A stretch of DNA of 39,022 nt from Chloroflexota bacterium (GCA_037443025.1 JBBIPD010000001.1:1-39022); one strand, 5' to 3'; shown: positions 14,147 through 23,699, counted from the first letter of the stretch. A program made the numbers and translations. Notes: generated from the sequence alone by a model not told the origin.

Positions 14147-14148
14147 CT

Positions 14149-15213
14149 TCAGAATGGGGGCTGAATTTCCAATTGGGGATGGTGGATGGCTTGGAGCAGG
14201 GCATAGGCTGCCCCATAGACGCCGGCGTAATATCCCAGTCGGGCGGGCAGGATGTGCACCCTCTCGATCGGCAGGTAGGCGGAGGCGGCGTGTTGCATCT
14301 CATTCAGGGCTGGCATGAACAGGTCGCTGCTGTGCATCACGCCCCCGCTCAATACGATCACCTCTGGGAAGAAGAGCATCAGGATATTGAAGACGCCCAA
14401 TGCGAAGGCTTTTGCCGCCTGCTCAATCACCCCTCTGGAGAGCGGGTCGCCCTGACGGGCTGCTTTGCACACCAGGCGGGCGTCTATCCTGTCCACCTCT
14501 CCCCCGGCGAGTTTGAGCAGGGCTGTTCCAGCCTCGGGTGCGGCTTTCAGGGCAGAGCGCCCCATGCGCCCAATCGCGCTGCCGCTGCACAGGCTCTCCC
14601 AGCAACCCCGCCCCCCGCAGTAACATTCTGGACCGGAGGGGTCAACAATTTGGTGACCACCTTCGGGGTGAAAGCCGTCTGCGCCGCGCACCACCTGCCC
14701 GTCGAGGATAAACGCAGTCCCGATGCCGGTGCCCACTGTGATGGCGTACAGGCGCCGTACGGGCGGGATGCCAGCCTGGGTGGGGTGCCCGACGCCCTGC
14801 CAGTATTCCCCCAGGGCGGCGGCGTCGGCGTCATTCTCCAGGCATACCGGGGTGTGAAAGCGGTCTTGCAGATGGGCGACAATCGGCACGTTCAACCAGC
14901 CTGGCATCGTCCCAGGGTTGACGAGCAAGCCGCGGCGTGAATCGACTGGTCCGGTAGAGCCGATTCCAATCCCGAGCAGGCAACGCCTGTCCAACTCTGC
15001 CTGATGGAGCAGGTTTTCAACCAGCGAAGCGATGCGCTCCAGCCCGGCGTCTGGACCTTCCTCGGCGCGAATCTCGCCTTCCAGGCTGGAAATGAGCGCC
15101 CCATCTGGCTGGAATGCTCCCAGGCGGATGCGGGTCGCGCCCAGGTCCATCCCAATGACGAATTCAGGGGGATTCTCTTTTCTGGCGTTGATGGAAGTTG
15201 CCATGTCGCTCAA
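14149..15213 (-). CDS. ROK-family sugar kinase (354 aa)
   Basis: VIGMDLGATRIRLG is the ATP-binding N-terminus, GIGIGSTGPVD follows, and CYCGGRGCWESLCSG is the ROK zinc motif. Confidence 0.85.
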   Translation of the reverse strand: MSDMATSINARKENPPEFVIGMDLGATRIRLGAFQPDGALISSLEGEIRAEEGPDAGLERIASLVENLLHQAELDRRCLLGIGIGSTGPVDSRRGLLVNPGTMPGWLNVPIVAHLQDRFHTPVCLENDADAAALGEYWQGVGHPTQAGIPPVRRLYAITVGTGIGTAFILDGQVVRGADGFHPEGGHQIVDPSGPECYCGGRGCWESLCSGSAIGRMGRSALKAAPEAGTALLKLAGGEVDRIDARLVCKAARQGDPLSRGVIEQAAKAFALGVFNILMLFFPEVIVLSGGVMHSSDLFMPALNEMQHAASAYLPIERVHILPARLGYYAGVYGAAYALLQAIHHPQLEIQPPF

Positions 15214-15217
15214 ATCA

Positions 15218-16069
15218 TCAACCCTTCACTGCTCCGGCGGTCAGCCCGCTGACGATGTAGCGGGAGAAGATAAGCGATAACAACACGGGTGGAATCGCCG
15301 CCAGCACTCCCCCGGTCATCATCCCGCCCACATCCACCACATAGCGCCCGGTGAACTCAGCGATTGCCACCGGCACCGTCTTGGCGGCGGTGGTGCTGGT
15401 GAAAAGCAGGGCAAAGAAGAACTCATCCCAGGCGGTGAGGAAGACGAACAATGCTGTGGAAACCAGCCCCGGCGAGGAGATGGGCAGAATGATAGAGAAG
15501 AGCGTGCGCAGGTGAGAAGCGCCGTCTATGCGGGCTGCGTCTTCTAGCTCGATCGGGATGGTCTCAAAAAAGGCGACCATCAGCCAGATGGCAAACGGCA
15601 GGGCGAAGCTGAGGTAGGTCAATATCAACACCGGCGGCTTGTTGTACAACCCCACCCGTACGGCAATGATATAGAGCGGGATGACCAGTGAGACCTCGGG
15701 TATCATGCGGATGCCCATGATGCCAATCAGCAGTGCATTGCGGAATCCCAGGCGCATTCGCGCCAGGGCGTAGGCGGCAAGCGACCCCACCGCCAGCGAG
15801 ATGAGCGTCACCGACCCGGCGACAATCAGCGAGTTGCGCAGGGTAGCCTTGAAGGTGCGCGCCACTTCCGAGGTCGCCGTGCCCGGGGTAAGGATGTCAA
15901 TGTAGTTCTTCAGGGTTGGGTTCTGGGGAATCCAGTGGATGGGAGTGGAGAGCAGTTCGGCGCGGGTGGAGATGGATGAAATCACCAGCCAGACCACCGG
16001 CAGATAAATGAACAACAAGATCGGCACGGTCAGGAGGAATAATAACAGGCGGTTCAGGCGGCGTCTCAT
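15218..16069 (-). CDS. Carbohydrate ABC transporter permease (MalG-like), 283 aa
   Basis: Multi-TM protein with EAA loop EDAARIDGASHLRTLFSIILP. It overlaps the upstream permease by 4 nt. Confidence 0.9.
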   Translation of the reverse strand: MRRRLNRLLLFLLTVPILLFIYLPVVWLVISSISTRAELLSTPIHWIPQNPTLKNYIDILTPGTATSEVARTFKATLRNSLIVAGSVTLISLAVGSLAAYALARMRLGFRNALLIGIMGIRMIPEVSLVIPLYIIAVRVGLYNKPPVLILTYLSFALPFAIWLMVAFFETIPIELEDAARIDGASHLRTLFSIILPISSPGLVSTALFVFLTAWDEFFFALLFTSTTAAKTVPVAIAEFTGRYVVDVGGMMTGGVLAAIPPVLLSLIFSRYIVSGLTAGAVKG

Positions 16070-16956
16070 AAGGCGCGATCCTCCGGGCGATAGAGAAAGC
16101 GGATGTAGGCAATCGCCATGAGCAGGGTGAACACGGAGATGAGAAAGGAGAGCGCCGCCCCCCGCCCCACATGCCCAAAGCTGAAGGTCTCAAGGTAGGT
16201 CAGGAAAGAAATTGTGGTCGTGCCGAACGCCGGTCCACCGTTGGTGATGACATAAATGATATCGAAGACTCGAAAAGCCTCCACGGTGCGGATGACCAAT
16301 GCCACCAGGATAGCGGAGCGCAGTAGCGGCAGGCGCACCAGAAAGAAGCGTTGCCAGGCGTTGGCGCCATCCACCGCCGCGGCTTCCTCCAAATCGGTTG
16401 GCAGGGTCGCCAGGGCAGCCTGCAGGATGAGGGCAATGAATGGGACGCTGTGCCAGATATCCGCCAGAATCACCAGGTTCATCGCCGTCCGCGGCTGGGT
16501 CAGCCAGGGGATATAGCGGTCTATGACGCCAAGCTGGGTGAGCAATCCATTCAGCGCCCCGTAGTCGGCGTTGTAAATCCAGCGCCACATCGTTCCATTG
16601 ACAATGGTTGGAACCGCCCAGGGGATGATCAGGCTCACCCGCAGGAACTGCCAGCCTGCTGGGCGGGAGTGAATCAACTGAGCGATGCCCAGCCCCAGCA
16701 CCAATTCCAGCCCAACGGAGACCAGGGTGAAATAGAGTGTGCGCTGGATGGTGACCCAAAAGACTTTATCGCTGAGCAGGTCTATGTAGTTTTTAGCGCC
16801 GATAAAGGTATTGGCGGCGGTTTTGCTCAGGCTGGCTTCAAAAAAGCTGAGGTAAAAGGTGCTCAGCACCGGTTGAAGGGTGATGCCGAGGATGATGATG
16901 AGCGCGGGAGAGACAAACAACAGCCCAATCAGGTGTTCACGGCGGTGGAGTGACAT
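16066..16956 (-). CDS. Carbohydrate ABC transporter permease (MalF-like), 296 aa
   Basis: Multi-TM protein with EAA loop EEAAAVDGANAWQRFFLVRLP. Confidence 0.9.
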   Translation of the reverse strand: MSLHRREHLIGLLFVSPALIIILGITLQPVLSTFYLSFFEASLSKTAANTFIGAKNYIDLLSDKVFWVTIQRTLYFTLVSVGLELVLGLGIAQLIHSRPAGWQFLRVSLIIPWAVPTIVNGTMWRWIYNADYGALNGLLTQLGVIDRYIPWLTQPRTAMNLVILADIWHSVPFIALILQAALATLPTDLEEAAAVDGANAWQRFFLVRLPLLRSAILVALVIRTVEAFRVFDIIYVITNGGPAFGTTTISFLTYLETFSFGHVGRGAALSFLISVFTLLMAIAYIRFLYRPEDRAL

Positions 16957-16984
16957 GCTGGCAATTGGCGGATGGTGCTATGGC

Positions 16985-17016
16985 GTACCTGAGGGTTCAC
17001 CGGAACCCTCAGGTAC
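16985..17016 (-). promoter_or_regulatory. Intercistronic perfect hairpin (14-bp arms GTACCTGAGGGTTC / GAACCCTCAGGTAC, 4-nt loop) between binding-protein and permease genes
   Basis: Seen directly. The position after the binding-protein gene is typical of mRNA-stabilising or attenuating stem-loops in ABC operons. Confidence 0.6.
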
Positions 17017-17031
17017 GGGTTGAAAGAAGGT

Positions 17032-18351
17032 CTATTTCATTAATTCAAGCCACTTGGCGGCTGCATCGTCCAGCGCCTGCTTGGGGCTTTTTTGCTTGGT
17101 CAGGGCTTCCTGTAGGGCGAGTTGCAGCGCCTTGGATGCCTCGGGGTAGAAGGGTACTTTGGGGCGGACATGCGAGTAGGGGAACTGCTGTTGGAACATC
17201 GGCACGGTCACTTTGGTGACCTCGCTCAGGCTGGCGAGCTTCTCGCCGCTTGCGCCCTCAAAGCTCGTCTTCCAAATCGGCAGCATATGGGCAGAGTATT
17301 TCTCCTGCACCGGTTGAGAGGTGAGGTATTCCACGTAGGACCAGGCTGCGTCGGGGTTGGCTGAGGTGGCAGCCACCGAGAAGCCCATCGAGCCGTCTAT
17401 TGTGGCGCTTTTTACGCCGCTGTTGGCGAAGGCGGGCATCAGTGCCATTTTGATTTGTCCCGTGACCTGCGACTGCTCCGCCTGGAAGTTGACCAGGTCG
17501 TACATGTAGTTCCAATTCAGGGCAAAGACAGCCTTGCCCTGGGAGAAGACGTTGCGCACATCTTCCTCGACATAAGAGACCGAGGCAGGGTTGGTGATAC
17601 CCTCGTCAATCGTCCGAATCATCCATTCCAGAGTCTTGACCCCGATGTCGCTGTTGAAGACGGGCTTGCCGCTTTCATCCGCCATGGCTCCGCCGTTGCC
17701 AAAGAGCAGCGTCACCCAGTCGCAGATGGCGGCTTCATACTGCCCCCAGGACCAGACGATGGGGAATTCGGCGATGCCCTTCTCTTTGATTACTTTCGAT
17801 TGTTCAACCAGCTCTTCCCAGGTCGTTGGCGGCGCATCGAAGCCGGCTTCCCGGAGCATTTTCTCGTTGTAGAAGAAATATTTCTGATCCAGCAGCCAGG
17901 GCATGCCGTACACCTTGCCGTTCACCGTGCTGATTTCCCAGGCTGCCTCGAAGATGCCGTTCCGCATCTCCGGGGTGATGCGGTTGGTCACATCCAGCAC
18001 GTAGCCCTTGTCGGCGAATTCGGCGTACCAGATATCATCCACCAGAAACACGTCATACGCCGGAGGGGTGGATGCCAGGGCTGTGGTGATCTTATCGTGC
18101 AAGGCGTCGTAAGAGACGTAATCAATCAACACATTGACATTGGGTTGCTGGGTGTTGAACTCGGTGACGATCTGGTTCATCTCGTCTACGGTCGGACCAG
18201 CCTGTTCCATGGTCAGGACGCGGATGGTGACTTTCTCGGGGGGTTTGGGCGCCTGGGTCTCCATGGCTGTTGGAGTGGCTGCGGGGGCGCAGCCAGCCAG
18301 TACAAAGGCGGTTATCAGCAGGATCGAAATCCAGCGAAATATGGCTTTCAT
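17032..18351 (-). CDS. ABC transporter extracellular solute-binding lipoprotein (sugar family 1), 439 aa
   Basis: The start was moved to ATG 18351 (AGGAG SD), giving MKAIFRWISILLITAFVLAGC with a lipobox. The remainder looks like a typical family-1 sugar binding protein. Confidence 0.85.
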   Translation of the reverse strand: MKAIFRWISILLITAFVLAGCAPAATPTAMETQAPKPPEKVTIRVLTMEQAGPTVDEMNQIVTEFNTQQPNVNVLIDYVSYDALHDKITTALASTPPAYDVFLVDDIWYAEFADKGYVLDVTNRITPEMRNGIFEAAWEISTVNGKVYGMPWLLDQKYFFYNEKMLREAGFDAPPTTWEELVEQSKVIKEKGIAEFPIVWSWGQYEAAICDWVTLLFGNGGAMADESGKPVFNSDIGVKTLEWMIRTIDEGITNPASVSYVEEDVRNVFSQGKAVFALNWNYMYDLVNFQAEQSQVTGQIKMALMPAFANSGVKSATIDGSMGFSVAATSANPDAAWSYVEYLTSQPVQEKYSAHMLPIWKTSFEGASGEKLASLSEVTKVTVPMFQQQFPYSHVRPKVPFYPEASKALQLALQEALTKQKSPKQALDDAAAKWLELMK

Positions 18352-18456
18352 AGGTCTCCTCCGTGATCGGGTCAAAATTTGGTTAAATGAGCGTGGATTG
18401 TCTTGCTGTCTGCTTTCAAAGATCGTCAATCACCTCCTTGGAACCTGAAGCGCGGC

Positions 18457-19233
18457 TCAACTTTCGCCGCGCCGAAAGGAAAAATAGAACTGGCTGTATT
18501 CGTTGTGGGCGACAGAGTGGGAATATTCAACCACCTCGCCCTCCGCGGTGTAGGCAACGCTTTCGCTGAAGATCGAGGGCGAGCCTGGTTCTGCGCCCAA
18601 CAGGTTTGCCTGCTCCTCGGTTAGCGTCACCGCTTTGAGGGTCTGATCAATGCGGGCGACGATCACTCCGTATTCCCGGCTCATGCACTCGTAGAGAGAG
18701 CCGTGCTCGAGAGCGGTATTGCTCTCCAGGTTGGGGAAACGCTGGCTGGAGAGATAGGCGGTTTCATGCAACAGGGGGATGCCGTCCGCCAGGCGCAGAC
18801 GCACGATCTCTATCACCGGCTGCGCCTCAGCCAGCAGGAGGCGCTGGGCGATAAACGCTCTGGCTGGGATCACCCGGCTGCTCAGCAGGCGGCTGGACGG
18901 TCTGCGACCGATGGCAAGCATTTCCTGGGTGAAGCTGAGATGGCTGGGGATGATGGCGGCAATGGTGGGGTGGGAGACGAAGGTGCCTACCCCATGGCGG
19001 CGGCTGAGCCATCCCTGGCGCACCAGGTCGTCCAGGGCGCGGCGCACGGTGAGGCGGCTCACCCCGTACCTCCCCGCCAGTTCCCACTCAGGGGGCACGG
19101 CGGTCCCTGGCTTGAGCCAGCCGCTGAGGATCAACTGGCGCAGGTTGCGCTCAATTTGTTCATAAAGCGGAAGCTTATCCTGCCGGTCAATATAAAAACG
19201 ATCGAGAGATCTGTGCTGGGCTAGAGCCGCCAT
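18457..19233 (-). CDS. GntR-family transcriptional regulator, HutC/UTRA subfamily (258 aa)
   Basis: The winged HTH is LPLYEQIERNLRQLILSGWLKPGTAVPPEWELAGRYGVSRLTVRRALDDLVRQGWL. A C-terminal UTRA-like effector domain follows. Confidence 0.85.
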   Translation of the reverse strand: MAALAQHRSLDRFYIDRQDKLPLYEQIERNLRQLILSGWLKPGTAVPPEWELAGRYGVSRLTVRRALDDLVRQGWLSRRHGVGTFVSHPTIAAIIPSHLSFTQEMLAIGRRPSSRLLSSRVIPARAFIAQRLLLAEAQPVIEIVRLRLADGIPLLHETAYLSSQRFPNLESNTALEHGSLYECMSREYGVIVARIDQTLKAVTLTEEQANLLGAEPGSPSIFSESVAYTAEGEVVEYSHSVAHNEYSQFYFSFRRGES

Positions 19234-19310
19234 TCAAACTCCGCGGGCTGAACTGGCAGAGATGAGGTTTCGATTGTGCGCGTGATGATTGAAAGAAAAG
19301 GAAATGTTGT

Positions 19311-19362
19311 ATAGATGTATTGACATCTATCTATATTATAGAGAGAAAGATATTAAAGTCAA
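19311..19362 (-). promoter_or_regulatory. Minus-strand promoter TTGACT-16 nt-TATAAT with a 20-bp perfect palindrome operator (ATAGATGT attg ACATCTAT) at the predicted start site
   Basis: The -35 hexamer is the complement of 19357-19362 and the -10 hexamer the complement of 19335-19340. The palindrome lies at 19311-19330, about 80 nt upstream of the GntR start codon. Confidence 0.5.
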
Positions 19363-19741
19363 GCGCTTTCATCCGCCGCTGGGCGGCAAGACCGCAAGCG
19401 ACGGTACCTGGGGTTAAGTTTATTTTAAGAGCGGATGTTTTGGGCTGATCATCCTGCGAGGCTCTGCCTGGAAGCGCATATTCTCTTGGCGGGTTGCATT
19501 TGTCTCAAACCATCATCGCGCTAATTTGCGTCCCCCAAACATTCCAAAGAGGTATGTTCTTAAGCCAGAAGCAATGCCCATGATGCCATCAAGGTCGGAG
19601 ATTGTCTCGCAGAAGTCGCTCTCAATAACGCCGTGAGAACTGACACATACCTAAGAATCACTATATGAATTATGAGTATATATAGACATCTTATTTAGCA
19701 TGATTTATGGTCTTGTATAGGCGCGGGTTGGTAATCTCAGC

Positions 19742-20203
19742 CTAGTGGTCTATTGTGGGTAATGGACGAAAGGGAGGCCGGATCAGAGGGTGAGCCAGCC
19801 AGATAATGACGATCAAGATTACGAAGTTTACTGCAATTAAGCCATAAAGTACCCGTAGCACAACGCGGTACTCGTTCTCCTTTTGATCCAGCTCAACCTC
19901 TCTTTTGTTAAGCTCTTCTTCACGGGTTTCTATATTTGCCTGGCGTTTGTCCAGATCGGCTTTTCTCTGGTTGAGCTCGTCTTCACGGGTTTCTATATTT
20001 GCCTGACGTTCGTCTAGCTCGGTTTTCAGCCTTTCCAATTGCATTGCATCATCCTTATTCGCCTCGTTCTGGACACATGACGTTGGTTGGGAAGCTCCTT
20101 GGATACTACCAAAGCTTGTCGGGTCAATGAATTTTTGTCCCACTAGTATGAACAACCACCCAATTGTGATCAGCAACAATGCGTATCCTGTAGTCACTTT
20201 CAT
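19742..20203 (-). CDS. Membrane-anchored coiled-coil protein with internal 21-aa tandem repeat (153 aa)
   Basis: It has an N-terminal TM helix (YALLLITIGWLFILVG), a C-terminal TM helix (LYGLIAVNFVILIVIIWLA) and a central ERQANIETREDELNQRKADLDKRQANIETREEELNKRE. AT-rich codon usage. Confidence 0.6.
   Translation of the reverse strand: MKVTTGYALLLITIGWLFILVGQKFIDPTSFGSIQGASQPTSCVQNEANKDDAMQLERLKTELDERQANIETREDELNQRKADLDKRQANIETREEELNKREVELDQKENEYRVVLRVLYGLIAVNFVILIVIIWLAHPLIRPPFRPLPTIDH
19912..20037. repeat. Two tandem 63-bp units inside the coiled-coil gene
   Basis: The 25-nt identical core CTTCACGGGTTTCTATATTTGCCTG occurs at 19918 and 19981, with similar flanks. Confidence 0.8.
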
Positions 20204-20475
20204 CTCTCACCTCCGATAAATCTTCGGATCTCTGATGAAGTTAGCAGATAGCCTTGTCTCATTTTTATTTTAGCTAAATGCTTAGTGACTTAGAAGTTAG
20301 GCGGGATGGCAATTTACTTGGTGAATGTACACGAACTATTACCCCTCAAGCCCAGTGGAGATGGGGATTGAGAATAGAAAAAAAACACTGCGGGATTAAT
20401 TTAAATGCAGCTTGGCTGGGTTTAAGACAAGGCAAAAATATAGATTCTCTAGCGAAGAAGTTATCTCGCCGAGTT

Positions 20476-21201
20476 CTAATCGCGACAGTACTTTACTCGA
20501 TTATTGCGATACCAATTAGTCAAATCCTTGAGCTGGATGGTCTCCCTGCTGTTATGTATATCCCCCATGTCTGCTGGCAGGATGAACGGCGCTAGTGCGT
20601 CGCGTATATCGCCGATCCAATTTTGGATAGATTCTGATGTACGATCCATTTCTTTACCCATCTGGGCGTAGGTTTTTCCCTCATTGAGTAGTTTTAGGGT
20701 TTGCCATTGCTTATCGCTTAGCGGGTCGGGAGTTGAAGGAATTGCCAATGGCAGGTAGTCGGCAGGAGTTGGGCTGATCACTAAATAACCTTTATTCACA
20801 ATCTCAACTACCTCTGCAAAGCTTATCCGCTCGTCCCTTCGGCGACAGTATATGAAGGATATCCTAGCTACCAACAGTTGCCTGAGTACCAGATCATAAT
20901 CGATCGTCTTATGACCTTGAGCAGTGTACGCCAGGATTGGGTAGTTCTCAAATCGCTCTCGCAGTTCAATAGCCAGTCTTATTCCCTCTTCAGCATGGTC
21001 TTCATCCAAGGGTGGAAGTCCTAGGTCGACGGCAAAGAAATCGAATTGCTCCTGTCTCCTACTCGCTTGTTCGATCCGAAAAAACGTGTCCTGGCGGTCA
21101 TACGCCCGCGTTACATTCCACCCGTTTTCCTTCAAGCTCCTGGTAAGGGTCTCTGCTTGGCTAGATTGATCTTCAATCAACAGTAACCTTTTCGAATCCA
21201 T
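20476..21201 (-). CDS. Response regulator, receiver domain plus LuxR/FixJ-type HTH (241 aa)
   Basis: The start was moved to ATG 21201 (GGAGGGAA SD), giving MDSKRLLLIEDQ. The phospho-acceptor context is FFAVDLGLP. The HTH is LSDKQWQTLKLLNEGKTYAQMGKEMDRTSESIQNWIGDIRD. Confidence 0.75.
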   Translation of the reverse strand: MDSKRLLLIEDQSSQAETLTRSLKENGWNVTRAYDRQDTFFRIEQASRRQEQFDFFAVDLGLPPLDEDHAEEGIRLAIELRERFENYPILAYTAQGHKTIDYDLVLRQLLVARISFIYCRRRDERISFAEVVEIVNKGYLVISPTPADYLPLAIPSTPDPLSDKQWQTLKLLNEGKTYAQMGKEMDRTSESIQNWIGDIRDALAPFILPADMGDIHNSRETIQLKDLTNWYRNNRVKYCRD

Positions 21202-21223
21202 ATTCCCTCCCACCAAAACAAAC

Positions 21224-23545
21224 TCACGCGGACAATAAGCAAGGGATGGAGATCCGCACAATAGCGCCTACGTTTCCCTCTCCGGGAAAGATTGAATGAC
21301 TAGCACCAAATGTCTCTTTGACCTGCTTAAAAAGATAAAGAATGCCTTTGCTTGCTGGCGTAAAGCGTTTCTGATAATTGGGATCCAGTGGAATACCATC
21401 ATTGCACACTTCAATCTCAATACTGATAGGCTGCCGTTGCAAGCGTATGGATGTGTTATTAGCCTGTCCATGAATGATTGCATTGTTGACTGCCTCGGTG
21501 ATTACCCTGTATAAGGCAAGCTTGACAACTGGGTTCTCACGCTCAATTCGGTAGTCAAAATTGTCAATTGTAATGTGGGGAACGCGATCTCTTTCCAAGA
21601 GGGGCTTGGAATGTATGAAACGTTCTAGAGTCATTTCTAGAGAGATTCCTCGATCCCAAAAGTTGGGCGGCACCAGCATTTCTTCGAACTGAATTTCGTC
21701 CATGAAACGGTCAATCCGCTCGGTTAGATCTCTCAGATCGTTGAGTTCAGAGCGACCAACGGTTTTGCCTTCGAGTTTAAGGATCAGGTTTTCGAACTCT
21801 TGCGACACTTTCCCTTTCAAACCGTATGCTCCTAGCTTGTAGTGGATATCGTATGCTGGACTGCCAAAGCTTTCGTAAACCAGTTTGCGATAACGATTTT
21901 TCCAGGCGACGGTGGCAAATGCCTGCGAAAAGCTATGCACCATCAGGTCGAACAGATGGTCAAATAGTATTGGCTTGGTAAAATTCAGGAATAGGGCACC
22001 TAAGGGCTCGTCGCGGATGCCAACCGGGACAAAATAATTGGACTTGACCCTCTCGCGCAGGACAAACGCCGATGGTTGTTTGGTGGATGGATTGAAATAG
22101 GTGGGATCTGACAAAACGTTTGGGGAAGAATGGTACTTCCAATCTTGGAGTAATTGAGCAAGTAAACCCGAGTAGTTGCCGATCCCTTCGCGCAGATATT
22201 CTGGGAAGTCAAGCCCAAAAGATAATGGTTTTACATGAGGATAGCCGGTCGGCGATAACGGATAATAGACAATTTTATCTACCCCCAGATGTTGAGAAGC
22301 AAATTGGGCAAATATTTCAAACAGGTCTTGCTCAGATGAGCCTTGCGAGTCAGCTAGCTCATCCCACATCGCTCCAGCCCGGCTAAGCAGTTGCTTGTCG
22401 CGGTACAAAGCGATGGCAGAACCAGTGATCCAAGCTATAGTTTCCAGGATGAGTTTGTCGCCCGGACCATAAATCCCTGGGCGGCTTGATTGTACATCTA
22501 GAACACCGTAAACCTTCTCACGATAAATGATAGGAACGGCAATTTCTGCCTGTGTATCATCTTTCCCTTTACCGTCGAACAAACTCAGGTAATAGGGGCA
22601 TTGGTTGACATCGTTCCAGGCTACCGGGGTCTTTCTTTCCACAGCTCTCCAGGTGATGCCCCTGCGGTTGCTTGGAATATTCTGTCCAATAAGAGATGGA
22701 GATATATCACCAAAAACTCCTGTCACAGTTAAACGCGTGGAGTCTGTATCTAAAAGTAGAGTTGTCACTTTTTCATAGCGCAACAATAAACCAATCAATT
22801 CGGGGATCTCTTTTTTCAAAGCCTGGGGAACGTCGGCATAGGCGAATACCTTTTCTGTAATCTGTCGGATCAGATCGTTGATCACCCTTTCTCCAATCCA
22901 CAGACGTTGGTTGATGTAAATGTCAAAGTATATGAGCCCGGCAACCAATCCATAAGTTAGCATGCTGAAAGAATCGTGAGTCGCTCGATAAGCGCCTACT
23001 GCAATTGAAGCACTACCAAATGCAATCAGAACGATCCAGCTGTGGATATAAGTTCCCCAGGCAACGTTTCTCATTGCTTCCAGAGCCAGGATTCCCAAAG
23101 AAGTGATGCTGTACAGCATGAGTAAAACCGCAATAGAGAAACTGCTCTGGTTAAGTAGGATCCAAATCCAGGTTAAGAGAGTAATTAAGAGCGGCATCAG
23201 CCAGTGCAATTGATGCCTATGCGTAAAAAACCAAGTGTCAGGATAAATGGAGTAGACCTCATCAAGATCTTCTAAATCGGTTTTGATAAATCTCCCAGCG
23301 AAAACGCGGTTGAGCGCCTTGTAGAAGGAGTAAGATATTTTAGAATGTGGTTCGGACATTTCATAGATGAGGCTGCAGACACTGACAACAACAAACCATA
23401 CATAGCCTAATGGCGAGATAGGTCCTATCCGAGATGAATATCCCAAAACTACCAGTGCGCAGACCAGCAGCCCCCAGGGAAAGATGAGCTGTGCCCTGCG
23501 CCGGTGGTGGAGCCTTGCAGCAACAGGTATGGCTGGGTTAAACAC
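21224..23545 (-). CDS. Multi-TM sensor histidine kinase with GAF-like domain(s) and divergent NarL-class kinase core (773 aa)
   Basis: The N-terminal ~230 aa are hydrophobic (several TM helices). A GAF-like segment is VPIIYREKVYGVLDVQSSRPG. The N-box is ITEAVNNAIIHG, followed by EVCNDGIPL. The GTG start at 23545 is uncertain. Confidence 0.65.
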   Translation of the reverse strand: MFNPAIPVAARLHHRRRAQLIFPWGLLVCALVVLGYSSRIGPISPLGYVWFVVVSVCSLIYEMSEPHSKISYSFYKALNRVFAGRFIKTDLEDLDEVYSIYPDTWFFTHRHQLHWLMPLLITLLTWIWILLNQSSFSIAVLLMLYSITSLGILALEAMRNVAWGTYIHSWIVLIAFGSASIAVGAYRATHDSFSMLTYGLVAGLIYFDIYINQRLWIGERVINDLIRQITEKVFAYADVPQALKKEIPELIGLLLRYEKVTTLLLDTDSTRLTVTGVFGDISPSLIGQNIPSNRRGITWRAVERKTPVAWNDVNQCPYYLSLFDGKGKDDTQAEIAVPIIYREKVYGVLDVQSSRPGIYGPGDKLILETIAWITGSAIALYRDKQLLSRAGAMWDELADSQGSSEQDLFEIFAQFASQHLGVDKIVYYPLSPTGYPHVKPLSFGLDFPEYLREGIGNYSGLLAQLLQDWKYHSSPNVLSDPTYFNPSTKQPSAFVLRERVKSNYFVPVGIRDEPLGALFLNFTKPILFDHLFDLMVHSFSQAFATVAWKNRYRKLVYESFGSPAYDIHYKLGAYGLKGKVSQEFENLILKLEGKTVGRSELNDLRDLTERIDRFMDEIQFEEMLVPPNFWDRGISLEMTLERFIHSKPLLERDRVPHITIDNFDYRIERENPVVKLALYRVITEAVNNAIIHGQANNTSIRLQRQPISIEIEVCNDGIPLDPNYQKRFTPASKGILYLFKQVKETFGASHSIFPGEGNVGAIVRISIPCLLSA

Positions 23546-23699
23546 CTTGAAAACCTCTGAAGGACATCAAGTTGTACACACGCACGTCTATTATATATAA
23601 TCATCGGACCAGTTCATATACCGTCTGAGTATTAATATTTTAATCCCTGGGTGAAGAATATTTACTGTTTGACTTTTGCGGGAATGGCTAGAATATGGG

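Noticed and set aside
19440-19700. Possible gene fragment on the minus strand (translation ...SSHGVIESDFCETISDLDGIMGIASG...) in the non-coding left edge of the AT-rich island.
   Set aside because: It is short, has no start or SD, and matches no recognisable family. It is mentioned only as possible debris, not annotated.
20278-20595. 105-aa plus-strand ORF overlapping the 3' end of the response-regulator gene.
   Set aside because: It overlaps the LuxR HTH-coding region on the opposite strand. It has no SD and no recognisable domain.
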